Of a stretch of DNA of 64,000 nt, positions 36,443 through 45,556 are shown piece by piece. The DNA lies in assembly GCA_026396515.1 (NCBI GenBank), contig JAPLWQ010000003.1:99569-163568 (forward strand), read 5' to 3'. The DNA is from Candidatus Magasanikiibacteriota bacterium. Its GTDB lineage: Bacteria > Patescibacteriota > Patescibacteriia > Magasanikbacterales > GWA2-37-8. The notes under the pieces are model-generated. The model made no database searches and was not told where the DNA came from. It saw nothing but the letters and a program-made list of their open reading frames with translations. The stretch's first letter is position 1; every line of letters begins with the position of its first letter. The position numbers and the translations under genes are program-made.

Positions 36443-37015
36443 TTACACTTTATACTTGCGTACCGCTCCCACCACCACCGCGGCAATATTTAATTCATCC
36501 GTCGGCACGATTGGACGGTATTTGCGGTTGGCCGGCACAAGCGTAATATGCTCGCCGGTTTTTTTGTAATATTTCAGCGTCCAGGCGTGGTCCACTTCTG
36601 CCACCACCACGTCGCCGTCGCGCGGCTGGCGTCCGCGTTCCACCAAAACCAAATCACCCGGCATAATACCGGCTTCAATCATCGAGTCGCCGGAAACTTT
36701 GAGCATATAAGTGGCTTCTTTGTGTCCGATTAAATATTCGTCCAAGGTCATGGTGTCGCAAAGTTCTTCCTCGGCCGGAGTAGGGAAGCCGGCGGCAATG
36801 TTGCCCAAAACCGGTACACCAAGAAAGCGCGAACCCGGTGCCAATCGTCCACCATCATCACGGCGCAAAAAACCTTCCTCTTCCAGCTTGGCCACGATTT
36901 TGTGCACTGCGTTGGTGGATTTGAGCCCGGCCAGAGCCATAAACTCGCGGTAGCTCGGCAGGCGCCGTTTGGTTTTGTAGAATTTGTTGAAAAACGCCAG
37001 GTAGTTCTTTCCCAT
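36443..37015 (-). CDS. lexA: LexA repressor (S24 peptidase)
   Basis: N-terminal wHTH, Ser-Lys dyad context VSGDSM...K and an AG cleavage site. Confidence 0.9.
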   Translation of the reverse strand: MGKNYLAFFNKFYKTKRRLPSYREFMALAGLKSTNAVHKIVAKLEEEGFLRRDDGGRLAPGSRFLGVPVLGNIAAGFPTPAEEELCDTMTLDEYLIGHKEATYMLKVSGDSMIEAGIMPGDLVLVERGRQPRDGDVVVAEVDHAWTLKYYKKTGEHITLVPANRKYRPIVPTDELNIAAVVVGAVRKYKV

Positions 37016-37071
37016 ATAAGTAATAGTTGTGTATAATTAGCGTTGCTTGTTTATTTTCCTTATGGTAGTAT

Positions 37072-37087
37072 AGTGAACAAGTGTTCA
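37072..37087. promoter_or_regulatory. LexA (Cheo/SOS) box
   Basis: GTGAACAAGTGTTCAC contains GAAC-N4-GTTC (Gram-positive-type consensus CGAACRNRYGTTCG). It lies in the divergent lexA/helicase promoter region and overlaps a -10-like TATACT on the lexA strand. Confidence 0.7.
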
Positions 37088-37134
37088 CCTTGTCAATGTG
37101 GATAACTTTTCACCCCGTTAAACCCCGCCTAATT

Positions 37135-38523
37135 ATGTATTACAAAAAATCCGCCAAAAAGAAAACAAAGCAATACGCCAGCCGGCCGGTTAAAGAAGAC
37201 GCCAATCGTTTTGACCACCTGACAATCAACGACGAATGGCGCACCGTGCTCGACGCTCTGGAAAACAGTCCGGAAAATATTTTTGTCACCGGACGGGCCG
37301 GCACCGGCAAATCCACCCTGCTTGATTATTGGCGTGCTCAAACCAAACAAAACATTGTCGTGCTCGCGCCAACAGGCGTCGCCGCGCTCAATGTCCGCGG
37401 TCAAACCATTCATTCTTTTTTCGGTTTTCATCCGGGTATCACTCCGGCCGATGTCCGCCGCCACGGCACCAAAGAAGGCGCGGAAAATATGTATAAAAAA
37501 ATTGAGTCCATTGTGATTGACGAGGTCTCTATGGTGCGCGCCGACCTCTTGGACTGCGTGGATAAATTCATGCGCCTGAACGGCCGTGAACGCGGCCGGG
37601 CATTTGGCGGTGCGCGTCTCGTGGTATTCGGCGATATGTGTCAGCTCCCGCCGGTTATCACCAATGCCGAGCATGAGGCATTTTTTTCTCTTTACCGCAC
37701 GCCATATTTTTTCTCGGCCAATGTTTTGCGCGACCAGCAACTGGTCGGCCCATCCAATGATTTTTTGAAATTCGAACTCAACGAAGTTCACCGGCAGAAA
37801 GACGCCAATTTTATCCGTCTGTTAAATCGCGTGCGCGATAACGAAGCCACGGCCGAAGATTTGGCCGAACTCAACGAGCGTCACGATGAAAATTTTCAAA
37901 TGAGCGATGATGACTATCGCATTTATCTCACCGCCACCAATCAGGCGGCGGCGGAAATAAACGGGGCGCGCTTGAATCGCTTGTCCGGCAAACCGCAATC
38001 GTTCAAAGCCGATTCGTACGGCCATTTCGACGACCGCGCCTATCCCACCGACGAAGTATTACAACTTAAAGTCGGCGCGCAGGTGATGCTTATAAACAAC
38101 GACGCCACGAAACGCTGGGTCAATGGTTCAATCGGGCGCGTGGTTGATTTTAAAAAAAGTAACTATGGCTTGCCGGGTGTGAGCGTGAAATTGTCGGATG
38201 GGGAAGTGGTGGAAGTTGAACCGCACACCTGGAAGGCGCATCGCTATCATTTCAATGTCTCACAACAAAAAATCGAAGCCGAAGAAATTGGTGCCTTCAC
38301 TCAGCTGCCTCTCAAACTCGCCTGGGCGGTGACGATCCACAAAGCGCAAGGCAAAACCTTTGATCGCGTGGTGCTCGACATCGGGCGCGGGATGTTCGCC
38401 TCCGGCCAATTGTATGTCGCTCTGTCGCGCTGTACTTCACTCGAAGGAATTGTCCTCATCCAACCGCTTATGCCCCGGCACATCATCACCGATCCGGTCG
38501 TCTCCGAGTTTCTGCGCGGATAG
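37135..38523 (+). CDS. Pif1/RecD-family (AAA_30) ATP-dependent DNA helicase
   Basis: Walker A GRAGTGKST, Walker B IVIDEVSM and C-terminal SH3-like/2B domain motifs are present. The likely start is 37135, because the ORF-track start at 37081 overlaps the LexA box. Confidence 0.8.
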   Translation: MYYKKSAKKKTKQYASRPVKEDANRFDHLTINDEWRTVLDALENSPENIFVTGRAGTGKSTLLDYWRAQTKQNIVVLAPTGVAALNVRGQTIHSFFGFHPGITPADVRRHGTKEGAENMYKKIESIVIDEVSMVRADLLDCVDKFMRLNGRERGRAFGGARLVVFGDMCQLPPVITNAEHEAFFSLYRTPYFFSANVLRDQQLVGPSNDFLKFELNEVHRQKDANFIRLLNRVRDNEATAEDLAELNERHDENFQMSDDDYRIYLTATNQAAAEINGARLNRLSGKPQSFKADSYGHFDDRAYPTDEVLQLKVGAQVMLINNDATKRWVNGSIGRVVDFKKSNYGLPGVSVKLSDGEVVEVEPHTWKAHRYHFNVSQQKIEAEEIGAFTQLPLKLAWAVTIHKAQGKTFDRVVLDIGRGMFASGQLYVALSRCTSLEGIVLIQPLMPRHIITDPVVSEFLRG

Positions 38524-38536
38524 ATTATCATTTTCC

Positions 38537-38572
38537 TCCCTCTCCTTACCAAGGAGAGGGCTGGGGTGAGGT
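38537..38572. repeat. Fifth copy of the REP-like unit
   Basis: CCTCCCTCTCC-TTACCAA-GGAGAGGG-CTGGGGTGAGGT. Confidence 0.6.
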
Positions 38573-38585
38573 CACACACAAAAAC

Positions 38586-38616
38586 AAAAACCCCGCCTTT
38601 CGGCGGGGTTTTTTAA
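38586..38616. terminator. Bidirectional intrinsic terminator
   Basis: AAAAACCCCGCC-TTTC-GGCGGGGTTTTTT between convergent helicase and csp genes. Confidence 0.7.
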
Positions 38617-38626
38617 AAACAGATTG

Positions 38627-38830
38627 TTAGGCGCGAGCTACATTGATAGCGCGCGGGCCCTTGTCCGATTCCTCGGTTTCAAAGGTCACGGCATCGCCTT
38701 CGCGTAATTCGTCGAAGGTAACGCCCTGGAGGGATGTAGAGTGGAAGAATAAATCCTTCCCGGCAGTACCCCCTTCAGGAGCGATAAAGCCGAAACCCTT
38801 ATCTGTCAATCTTTGAATTTTTCCGTTCAT
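38627..38830 (-). CDS. cspA: Cold-shock protein (CspA family)
   Basis: GFGFI (RNP1) and VFFHST (RNP2-like) are present. 67 aa. Confidence 0.85.
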   Translation of the reverse strand: MNGKIQRLTDKGFGFIAPEGGTAGKDLFFHSTSLQGVTFDELREGDAVTFETEESDKGPRAINVARA

Positions 38831-39027
38831 AGATAGAAAATAGTGAATAAATCTGCAAAGTGGCCTCTGCAGAAATTCGACTAGTTTCTACGTGGAGACA
38901 TACTTTTTAGATATATAGTATAGCATAAAATAGAGGTTTTGTCAATAGCCTGTTGATAAAATAAGAAAAACCCCCAGCACTTGTCGCAAAAGTGGTGGGG
39001 GCGGGGTTGGCAAAGAGCGGTTTCGGG

Positions 39028-39237
39028 TCAGAACTCCACGACTGTGCCCGGCGAACCGTGAGCCAGGAAAACGGGGTTGGAACAGTCCACATGGCACTCC
39101 TTGAGGAAATTGGCGTGCATCTGCCGGACCATCTCCTTCATCTCTTCCTGGTTCTTCGCGTGAACGATGCCGGTTGCTGCGCATTTTTGGCAGGAAAAGA
39201 AATACTTTTTCTGGCCTGCGTCTTTCTCTATTCCCAT
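39028..39237 (-). CDS. Small Cys-rich hypothetical protein
   Basis: 69 aa with CQKC...C..C. GC-rich. Immediately downstream of the membrane-protein gene. Confidence 0.4.
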   Translation of the reverse strand: MGIEKDAGQKKYFFSCQKCAATGIVHAKNQEEMKEMVRQMHANFLKECHVDCSNPVFLAHGSPGTVVEF

Positions 39238-39240
39238 TTC

Positions 39241-39708
39241 TCACTCCTTCAGAGTCTGCTGCTCCGGATTCTCGTTCTCCAGATGCAGAAATTTGCACTC
39301 GAGGTGCAGATACAGGAAAGACACGATGACGGTCGCGAAAAGGGCGATGACGCTCGCCCTGACGCCGTAACCGGCCGAAATCGCGAGGTTCCCGCTGACC
39401 AGGCCGGCTCCGATCACCGTGAAGCATATCAGGCCGGACAAGATGCCGGCTTTGGCGCCTCTCGGGAATTTTCCCGCCGCGGACCTGAAAGCGGAATAGA
39501 ATCCCCGGTAGATGCCGACGATGACCCCCATGCTAACCGACGCCACGATGCAGGATGTGCCCCGCGGCACGGTATCCCTGGAAATGTAGTAGAAGATGGT
39601 TCCGATCGCAAGCAGGATAAAAGTGAACCACAAGGCCTTGAACAGCTCGTCGCTGACCAGTCTTGTCCAGCTGGCTTGTCCGGCAATACCTTTCGATTTT
39701 TCGCCCAT
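39241..39708 (-). CDS. Hypothetical membrane protein (4 TM)
   Basis: The start at 39708 follows the RBS GAGGAGG. GC-rich. The ORF-track extension to 39765 is unlikely. Confidence 0.5.
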   Translation of the reverse strand: MGEKSKGIAGQASWTRLVSDELFKALWFTFILLAIGTIFYYISRDTVPRGTSCIVASVSMGVIVGIYRGFYSAFRSAAGKFPRGAKAGILSGLICFTVIGAGLVSGNLAISAGYGVRASVIALFATVIVSFLYLHLECKFLHLENENPEQQTLKE

Positions 39709-39854
39709 GTTTGCCTCCTCAGTTGTTTGTTGAAAGGAACATTCTCTAACCGTGAACGTTAGCAATTCAGAGCGGAAAAGTCAAGGTTACGCGCCTGTTT
39801 TTCTTTTGACTTGGCGGGCCCGTAGGAGTAAAATATATACAATGTTATAGCGTT

Positions 39855-40775
39855 ATGGAAAGAGAATTCGTCCCATTAAGCCGCCTGAAACCGCGCGAAA
39901 AAATGAAAAGCCGGGAAAATCCCACTGAAAAGCTTACCGTCATGATGCGCCAAATTTCCGAGCGGGTGAACAAGGAAGCACTGGCAAAATATGGTTTGCG
40001 TGATTTTTTGCACTCCGACGGCTCGCTCAATATGGCGGGCTATGCCAATGAACTCTATTCAACTGAAGACATTGAGAGCGATAAGAACCGCGTCCGCGAT
40101 ATGGAGATAGAATTCAGCCGGGCCAAGATATCGCAGGTGCAGGCGTTCTACCGCGAGAAATACGGCGCCAAAACCCAGGAAGAAATAGTGGGACACTGGC
40201 GCAAAGAAAAAATCCAGAACAAAAACGGACAAATGGAAATGGCTGTCACCGGTTTGCTTCATAAAATTCTGAAAGACGATTTTTTGGTGGTGCGCGCTTC
40301 GGCCTATGATGATTACAAAAACGGCGTGGACAATATTATTTTAAACAAACGCACCGGCGAAGCCATCTGCGCCTTTGACGAAGTGCACGAAGGCGGGGCG
40401 GGCGAGCGCACCGGCGAGAAGATGGAGAAGATAAAAAAGGTGGCGAGCCGCGGCGGGGCGAGAGTGCGTTATGGCATTAAATTGGAGGAGGGGAAACTCA
40501 AGCGCGCGGAGATGGCGACCCTGCCCGTGTTTTATCTGGGTTTAAAAAGCGCCGAGCTCGAGAACCTGCTCGCCAAAATGGATTTTAATCCGGACAGCGC
40601 CGTTACGCCGGCGGAGTATGATGTGTTTGCTAAACTGACGGCTTCGCTTAAAGAACAAAAACAGATTTTGGACGGGACCGATGTTCCGCCTGCGGTTCGC
40701 AACAAACTGGAGACGTTTGAGAGTTTGTTGGAGGAGTTTGAAGAAAGAGGAGTTGAAATGAGAGAGGCGGCGTAG
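39855..40775 (+). CDS. Hypothetical protein
   Basis: 306-aa charged, helical ORF with no recognised motif. Confidence 0.45.
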   Translation: MEREFVPLSRLKPREKMKSRENPTEKLTVMMRQISERVNKEALAKYGLRDFLHSDGSLNMAGYANELYSTEDIESDKNRVRDMEIEFSRAKISQVQAFYREKYGAKTQEEIVGHWRKEKIQNKNGQMEMAVTGLLHKILKDDFLVVRASAYDDYKNGVDNIILNKRTGEAICAFDEVHEGGAGERTGEKMEKIKKVASRGGARVRYGIKLEEGKLKRAEMATLPVFYLGLKSAELENLLAKMDFNPDSAVTPAEYDVFAKLTASLKEQKQILDGTDVPPAVRNKLETFESLLEEFEERGVEMREAA

Positions 40776-40836
40776 ATGGAAATAAAGTATTTCGGTTTTA
40801 TGGGGGAAGTGGTAAACTATTATAGTTGTTACAATT

Positions 40837-41670
40837 ATGCCGAGAAAGGCAGGGTCCAAAATGGCTAAAGTTTTATCACATATTAAAGAAAAACCTTATT
40901 TCAATAAGGGTGATTTTGTTTTATATCATGGTGACTGCATAAACACCCTCGAGCAAATACCGGAAAATTCGGTTGATATGGTTTTTGCGGATCCACCCTA
41001 TCTTTTGTCGAATGGCGGTTTTACATGTGACGGCGGAAAAATGGTTAGCGTAAATAAAGGCAAGTGGGATGTGAGCAACGGTCTTAAACAGGACTTTGAA
41101 TTTCATTTATCATGGATCAATGCGTGCAAACGCGTTTTAAAACCCGGGGGCACTATTTGGATCAGTGGAACATATCATTCAATATACCAATGCGGCTTCG
41201 CGCTTCAAGTGGAAAAGTTTCATATATTAAACGATATTGCATGGTTCAAACCGAATGCTTCGCCGAACTTGAGTTGCCGTTTTTTTACTGCCAGCCATGA
41301 AACATTAATTTGGGCGAGGAAAGACAAAAAAGCAAAGCACATGTTTAATTATAAATTGATGAAAAACGGTGATTGGCCGGATGATTTTATTAAAAAGCCA
41401 AACTTACAAATGCGAAGCGTGTGGTCCATTTATCCACCAAAAAGAGACGAGAAGAAATTTGGAAAACATCCAACTCAGAAACCGATTGATTTGCTTGTTC
41501 GGATTGTTTTGGCTAGTACAGATAAGGGTGACGTGGTTTTGGACCCGTTTTCTGGGTCCGCCACAACTGGATTGGCCGCGATATTAAATAATCGTAAATT
41601 TATTGGTGTTGATTTAGATAGAAAGTATTTGGATTTATCGATAAAGCGTTTCAGAAATTTAAATGCATAG
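40837..41670 (+). CDS. Beta-class DNA methyltransferase (N6-adenine or N4-cytosine), DPPY then FxGxG order
   Basis: Motif IV is VFADPPYLL and motif I is LDPFSGSATTGLAA. An alternative start lies at 40861. Confidence 0.8.
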   Translation: MPRKAGSKMAKVLSHIKEKPYFNKGDFVLYHGDCINTLEQIPENSVDMVFADPPYLLSNGGFTCDGGKMVSVNKGKWDVSNGLKQDFEFHLSWINACKRVLKPGGTIWISGTYHSIYQCGFALQVEKFHILNDIAWFKPNASPNLSCRFFTASHETLIWARKDKKAKHMFNYKLMKNGDWPDDFIKKPNLQMRSVWSIYPPKRDEKKFGKHPTQKPIDLLVRIVLASTDKGDVVLDPFSGSATTGLAAILNNRKFIGVDLDRKYLDLSIKRFRNLNA

Positions 41671-41672
41671 CT

Positions 41673-42221
41673 ATGCCAGTAAAGAAACCGGCTCGTAAAA
41701 ATATCTACACACATACGATAGATTTGGCACCTCTTAATATTATTAATCATCCACGCGAGCAATTTCGTGAAATGTTGGAAAGAATGAAATATCGCGGTTA
41801 TGAAGTCGAAAGATTGGCCGACGGTAGAAAAATTATTGTTACCAAGCCGGGAGGAAAATTTGTTTTCGGCACAGTGAAGCGTGAAGATTTTATGGTATGG
41901 ATTTTTAATCCGCAAACTAATGAATTATGGTTGATATCACACAAGAATATTTTTGAAGACCTCGAAAATAAAGCCAATGTTGATAAACGGGCGACTTTAC
42001 AAATTATTGCTGCGCTTGAGCGCGTTTATTCTGGCGATGAGCCCGATGTCGTTCTCGCCGAAATGGATTTGTCTAATCCTACAGGCGAGGCACCGGAATT
42101 ATTGTTAAAAGCATATAAATGGATTTGGGGCCAAGAAGATTGCAATTATCCAACGGGTGAAGGTAGGGATATGTCAATGAATATTATCAGAGAATTAAAG
42201 ACGCGTATTATTGTTGAATAA
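41673..42221 (+). CDS. Hypothetical protein, candidate cognate Type II restriction endonuclease
   Basis: 182 aa, 2 nt downstream of the MTase. No clear nuclease motif was recognised. Confidence 0.35.
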   Translation: MPVKKPARKNIYTHTIDLAPLNIINHPREQFREMLERMKYRGYEVERLADGRKIIVTKPGGKFVFGTVKREDFMVWIFNPQTNELWLISHKNIFEDLENKANVDKRATLQIIAALERVYSGDEPDVVLAEMDLSNPTGEAPELLLKAYKWIWGQEDCNYPTGEGRDMSMNIIRELKTRIIVE

Positions 42222-42268
42222 TTTTTCTGGTAAAATGATAAAATATAGACGCTAAATTTAGCTAAAAT

Positions 42269-45200
42269 ATGCCTTTGGATAATCGAATCATCGATAATCA
42301 GAATAGCAACAATTTATACCGCGCGATATCAGAAGCCATTGGAGATGACACCCAAGGCATAGATATTGAAGTTGGATATTTTTATCTTTGCGGATTTGAA
42401 CTTTTATCAAAAAAACTTGATAAAATTAAAGTGCGAATCCTGGTTGGTTCTTATATTGATCCAGAAGCCATACCGACTTTAATAATGGAATCGATGAAAA
42501 AAACATCGGTAAATTTAGATCCGTTCCAACCCAGAAGTGTTCCGACTTCAAAACAGGAAAGAGTCAGAGCTCTTGGAGAAGGTATCAAGAAACTTGCAAA
42601 CCAAACATCAATATTTGACGCACCGGAATCTCAGGAATCATACTCAATTCTCGAAAGAAAACTCGAAGATGGTTCCCTTGAGATTAAAATGACCGAAACG
42701 CAAGCGCATGGAAAATGTTATGTAATCCATAATAAAAATGCCGGCAAAGTCTTTATGGGGTCGAGTAATTTTACTTATAATGGCCTAGTTGGACAGCAGG
42801 AAATAAACGAAACATTTGATACGGAAGAAAAATATAAGGAATATTCGAATAAATTTTCCGAGCGATGGGCCGATGCGCGCAATATCGTCATTCAAGAAAA
42901 AGGTAAATCAGACATGTTTTTGAGAAAATTTAAAGATGAACTTTGGATGAATGTGGTGCCGACTCCGTATCTTATGTATGTCCGGCTCCTTAATGAGATA
43001 TTTGGCGCTGAATACGAAGTTGATGTAACTAGCGCATCACAGGCTACACGAGGACAGTATTTGAACCTTTCATATCAGATGGATGCAGTAAAGATGGCAA
43101 TTGAAAGACTGAAAAATTATGATGGCGCTATCATAGCGGATGTTGTCGGTCTCGGGAAAAGTATTATAGCCACTACTATTGCTGTAAATTGTCCTGATTT
43201 AAAAACGATAATTATTGCCCCTCCGCATCTTGTTCCGATGTGGGAAGATTATGCCGAAGAGTTTAAACTTCGAGGGCCAAAGGTTTTTAGTGCTGGTAAA
43301 ATTGATGAGGTTTATGATAAATATAAAAATTCTACGGAGCCTATATTATTTATTCTCGATGAAGCGCATAGGTATAGAAATGAAGACACGCAAGACTATC
43401 AGTTGCTCCATCAGTTGACCCGCAGTAACGGTGAAAATAAGGTTTTAATACTATCAGCGACGCCCTTTAATAATGACCCGAGCGATATTTTTGCTTTGAT
43501 TAAACTTTTTCAAACTCCTGGCGCCGCCACACTTCGAACCGTAGAAAATTTATCAGCGAAGTTTGCAGATCTTGCGAATAGATATAAAACGCTTCGAAGA
43601 TTTCAAGCAAACGGTGCCATAACCACGGAACAGCGCAAAGAATTAGATAATAAACGCGATGCCATCGCCTCTGAGCTTCGACGATTACTTGAGCCTATTA
43701 TAATTAGACGTTCGAGGATAGACCTTGAAAAAATTACTCGTTACCGAGATGATTTGAAGGCTCAGAAAATTGAATTTTCAAAGATGAATGACCCAATTAT
43801 TCGGGAGTATAAATTAGGTAATTTCACTGACCTATATTTAGAAACCATAAACAAAATTGTGCCGGAAAAGAAAATTGTCGGCGGTTTAACCGGCGCACGA
43901 TACATGCCTACGACCTATGCTTTAGATATTGTAGATTTTACTAAAAAGTATCCGGATTTTGAAGATATTAGAACGGCTCAAATGAACGTAGCTTCCTTTA
44001 TGAGAAAACTTTTGGTAATGCGTTTTGAAAGTTCAAGAGCCGCATTCCAAAGTACTCTTCAAAAATTTATCGATTCACATCAAAGAATTCTCGATTGGGT
44101 AGAAAAAAAACAATTAGTACCAATTTCCAAGAAAGCCTATATTCCATCACCGGATGAGATGCCGGAAGAAGATGCGGAGGAAATTAATTCGGAAGAACAT
44201 GCAGAATTCGCAAACACTGAAGTCGCAAATAATAAAAAGATTGTTTTTGTTAAACTTGAGGATCTCAATGAAAAATTTGTACCTGAGCTTAAACATGATA
44301 TCAGCGTACTTACAGATATTTACGAAAAATGGTTTGGTTCGCAATCGCCGTTTTTATCGATGCCGGACCCCAAATTAAAACAACTCACTTTAGACATTCA
44401 AGAACGTCTAGCCAACGATCCGAATCGGAAAATTGTTATTTTTAGTATGTACGCAGATACAGTTGTTTATATAGGTGAAGAGCTCAAAAACGCTGGTATC
44501 CCAACCTTTGTATATACTGCTCAAAACAGCAATAGCGATCGCAAAATAATCAGAGAGAATTTTGACGCCGGAATCCCAACCGATAAACAGTCCGATGATT
44601 TCAGGGTTCTTGTTGCAACCGATGCTTTGAGCGAGGGTGTCAATCTGAATAGGGCAGGACGAGTTATTAATTATGATATTCCATATAATCCAACACGAGT
44701 CATACAGCGGGTAGGCCGGATAAACCGAATAGATAAAAAAATGTTTAAGGAGCTTTTTATTGATAACTATTTTCCTACCGAACATGGCGAGAAGGAAGTC
44801 AATATCAGGGGTGTGTCAACTTTAAAGATGCAGATATTTAATTCCGTGGTAGGTAATGATTCGCGCACCCTTACAGAAGATGAAACTCCGGAATCTTTTT
44901 TCATTGACGAATTTAGAAAGGCGACAACCGAAGAAGAGAGTTGGGATACTGTACACCGAGAAGCATACGAGCAAGCAAAACGAAATATACAAACAATGGA
45001 ATTAGCAAAAAAGATTCCGATGAGAGCGCGCATTGTGAGAACAAATAAGCCAGTTCAATTGGGGGTGGGGGTTGGTATTCGAGGGCAAAATAAAATATAT
45101 GCGCTCGAAACTAATGGACGGGCTGAGTTGGTTGATGCAGAAAAAGTATTAAATCATTTTGCTGCGAAACAGGACGAAGTTAGCGAGAAAGCCGATGACC

Positions 45201-45556
45201 AATTCGGGTTGGTTTTTGCCATATTGAAGGAAAAACTTTTTGAAAAGCCGCCCATGGGGCAAATGTCGAGAAACCGAACAGAGGTCGTGCGCATATTACG
45301 AAGTATTCGAGAAACTCAATATCAAAATTACCGCGATGATTTAATGAAAGTTGTCAGCGATCTTGACGACCTTTCAGAGGGGCAACTCAAAGCAATAATT
45401 AAGTTAGCAAAGAAGACTGATTTGTCTGAAGACCGATTAGTCGAAGCTATTATCGAAATAGCGCCGGAACAGCAGGTAAAGGTGAGCTTGGATAGACAAA
45501 ATAATGAAGCAAAATCGGCAAATCTTCTATTATTTACGCAAGAGCACCGCATATGA
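42269..45556 (+). CDS. PLD(HKD)-nuclease domain fused to an SNF2-family helicase
   Basis: The N-terminus has an HKD-like AHGKCYVIHNKNAGKVFMGSSNFT. The helicase has motifs I LGKS, II LDEAHRYRN, III LILSATPFNN and VI QRVGRINR. Confidence 0.8.
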   Translation: MPLDNRIIDNQNSNNLYRAISEAIGDDTQGIDIEVGYFYLCGFELLSKKLDKIKVRILVGSYIDPEAIPTLIMESMKKTSVNLDPFQPRSVPTSKQERVRALGEGIKKLANQTSIFDAPESQESYSILERKLEDGSLEIKMTETQAHGKCYVIHNKNAGKVFMGSSNFTYNGLVGQQEINETFDTEEKYKEYSNKFSERWADARNIVIQEKGKSDMFLRKFKDELWMNVVPTPYLMYVRLLNEIFGAEYEVDVTSASQATRGQYLNLSYQMDAVKMAIERLKNYDGAIIADVVGLGKSIIATTIAVNCPDLKTIIIAPPHLVPMWEDYAEEFKLRGPKVFSAGKIDEVYDKYKNSTEPILFILDEAHRYRNEDTQDYQLLHQLTRSNGENKVLILSATPFNNDPSDIFALIKLFQTPGAATLRTVENLSAKFADLANRYKTLRRFQANGAITTEQRKELDNKRDAIASELRRLLEPIIIRRSRIDLEKITRYRDDLKAQKIEFSKMNDPIIREYKLGNFTDLYLETINKIVPEKKIVGGLTGARYMPTTYALDIVDFTKKYPDFEDIRTAQMNVASFMRKLLVMRFESSRAAFQSTLQKFIDSHQRILDWVEKKQLVPISKKAYIPSPDEMPEEDAEEINSEEHAEFANTEVANNKKIVFVKLEDLNEKFVPELKHDISVLTDIYEKWFGSQSPFLSMPDPKLKQLTLDIQERLANDPNRKIVIFSMYADTVVYIGEELKNAGIPTFVYTAQNSNSDRKIIRENFDAGIPTDKQSDDFRVLVATDALSEGVNLNRAGRVINYDIPYNPTRVIQRVGRINRIDKKMFKELFIDNYFPTEHGEKEVNIRGVSTLKMQIFNSVVGNDSRTLTEDETPESFFIDEFRKATTEEESWDTVHREAYEQAKRNIQTMELAKKIPMRARIVRTNKPVQLGVGVGIRGQNKIYALETNGRAELVDAEKVLNHFAAKQDEVSEKADDQFGLVFAILKEKLFEKPPMGQMSRNRTEVVRILRSIRETQYQNYRDDLMKVVSDLDDLSEGQLKAIIKLAKKTDLSEDRLVEAIIEIAPEQQVKVSLDRQNNEAKSANLLLFTQEHRI

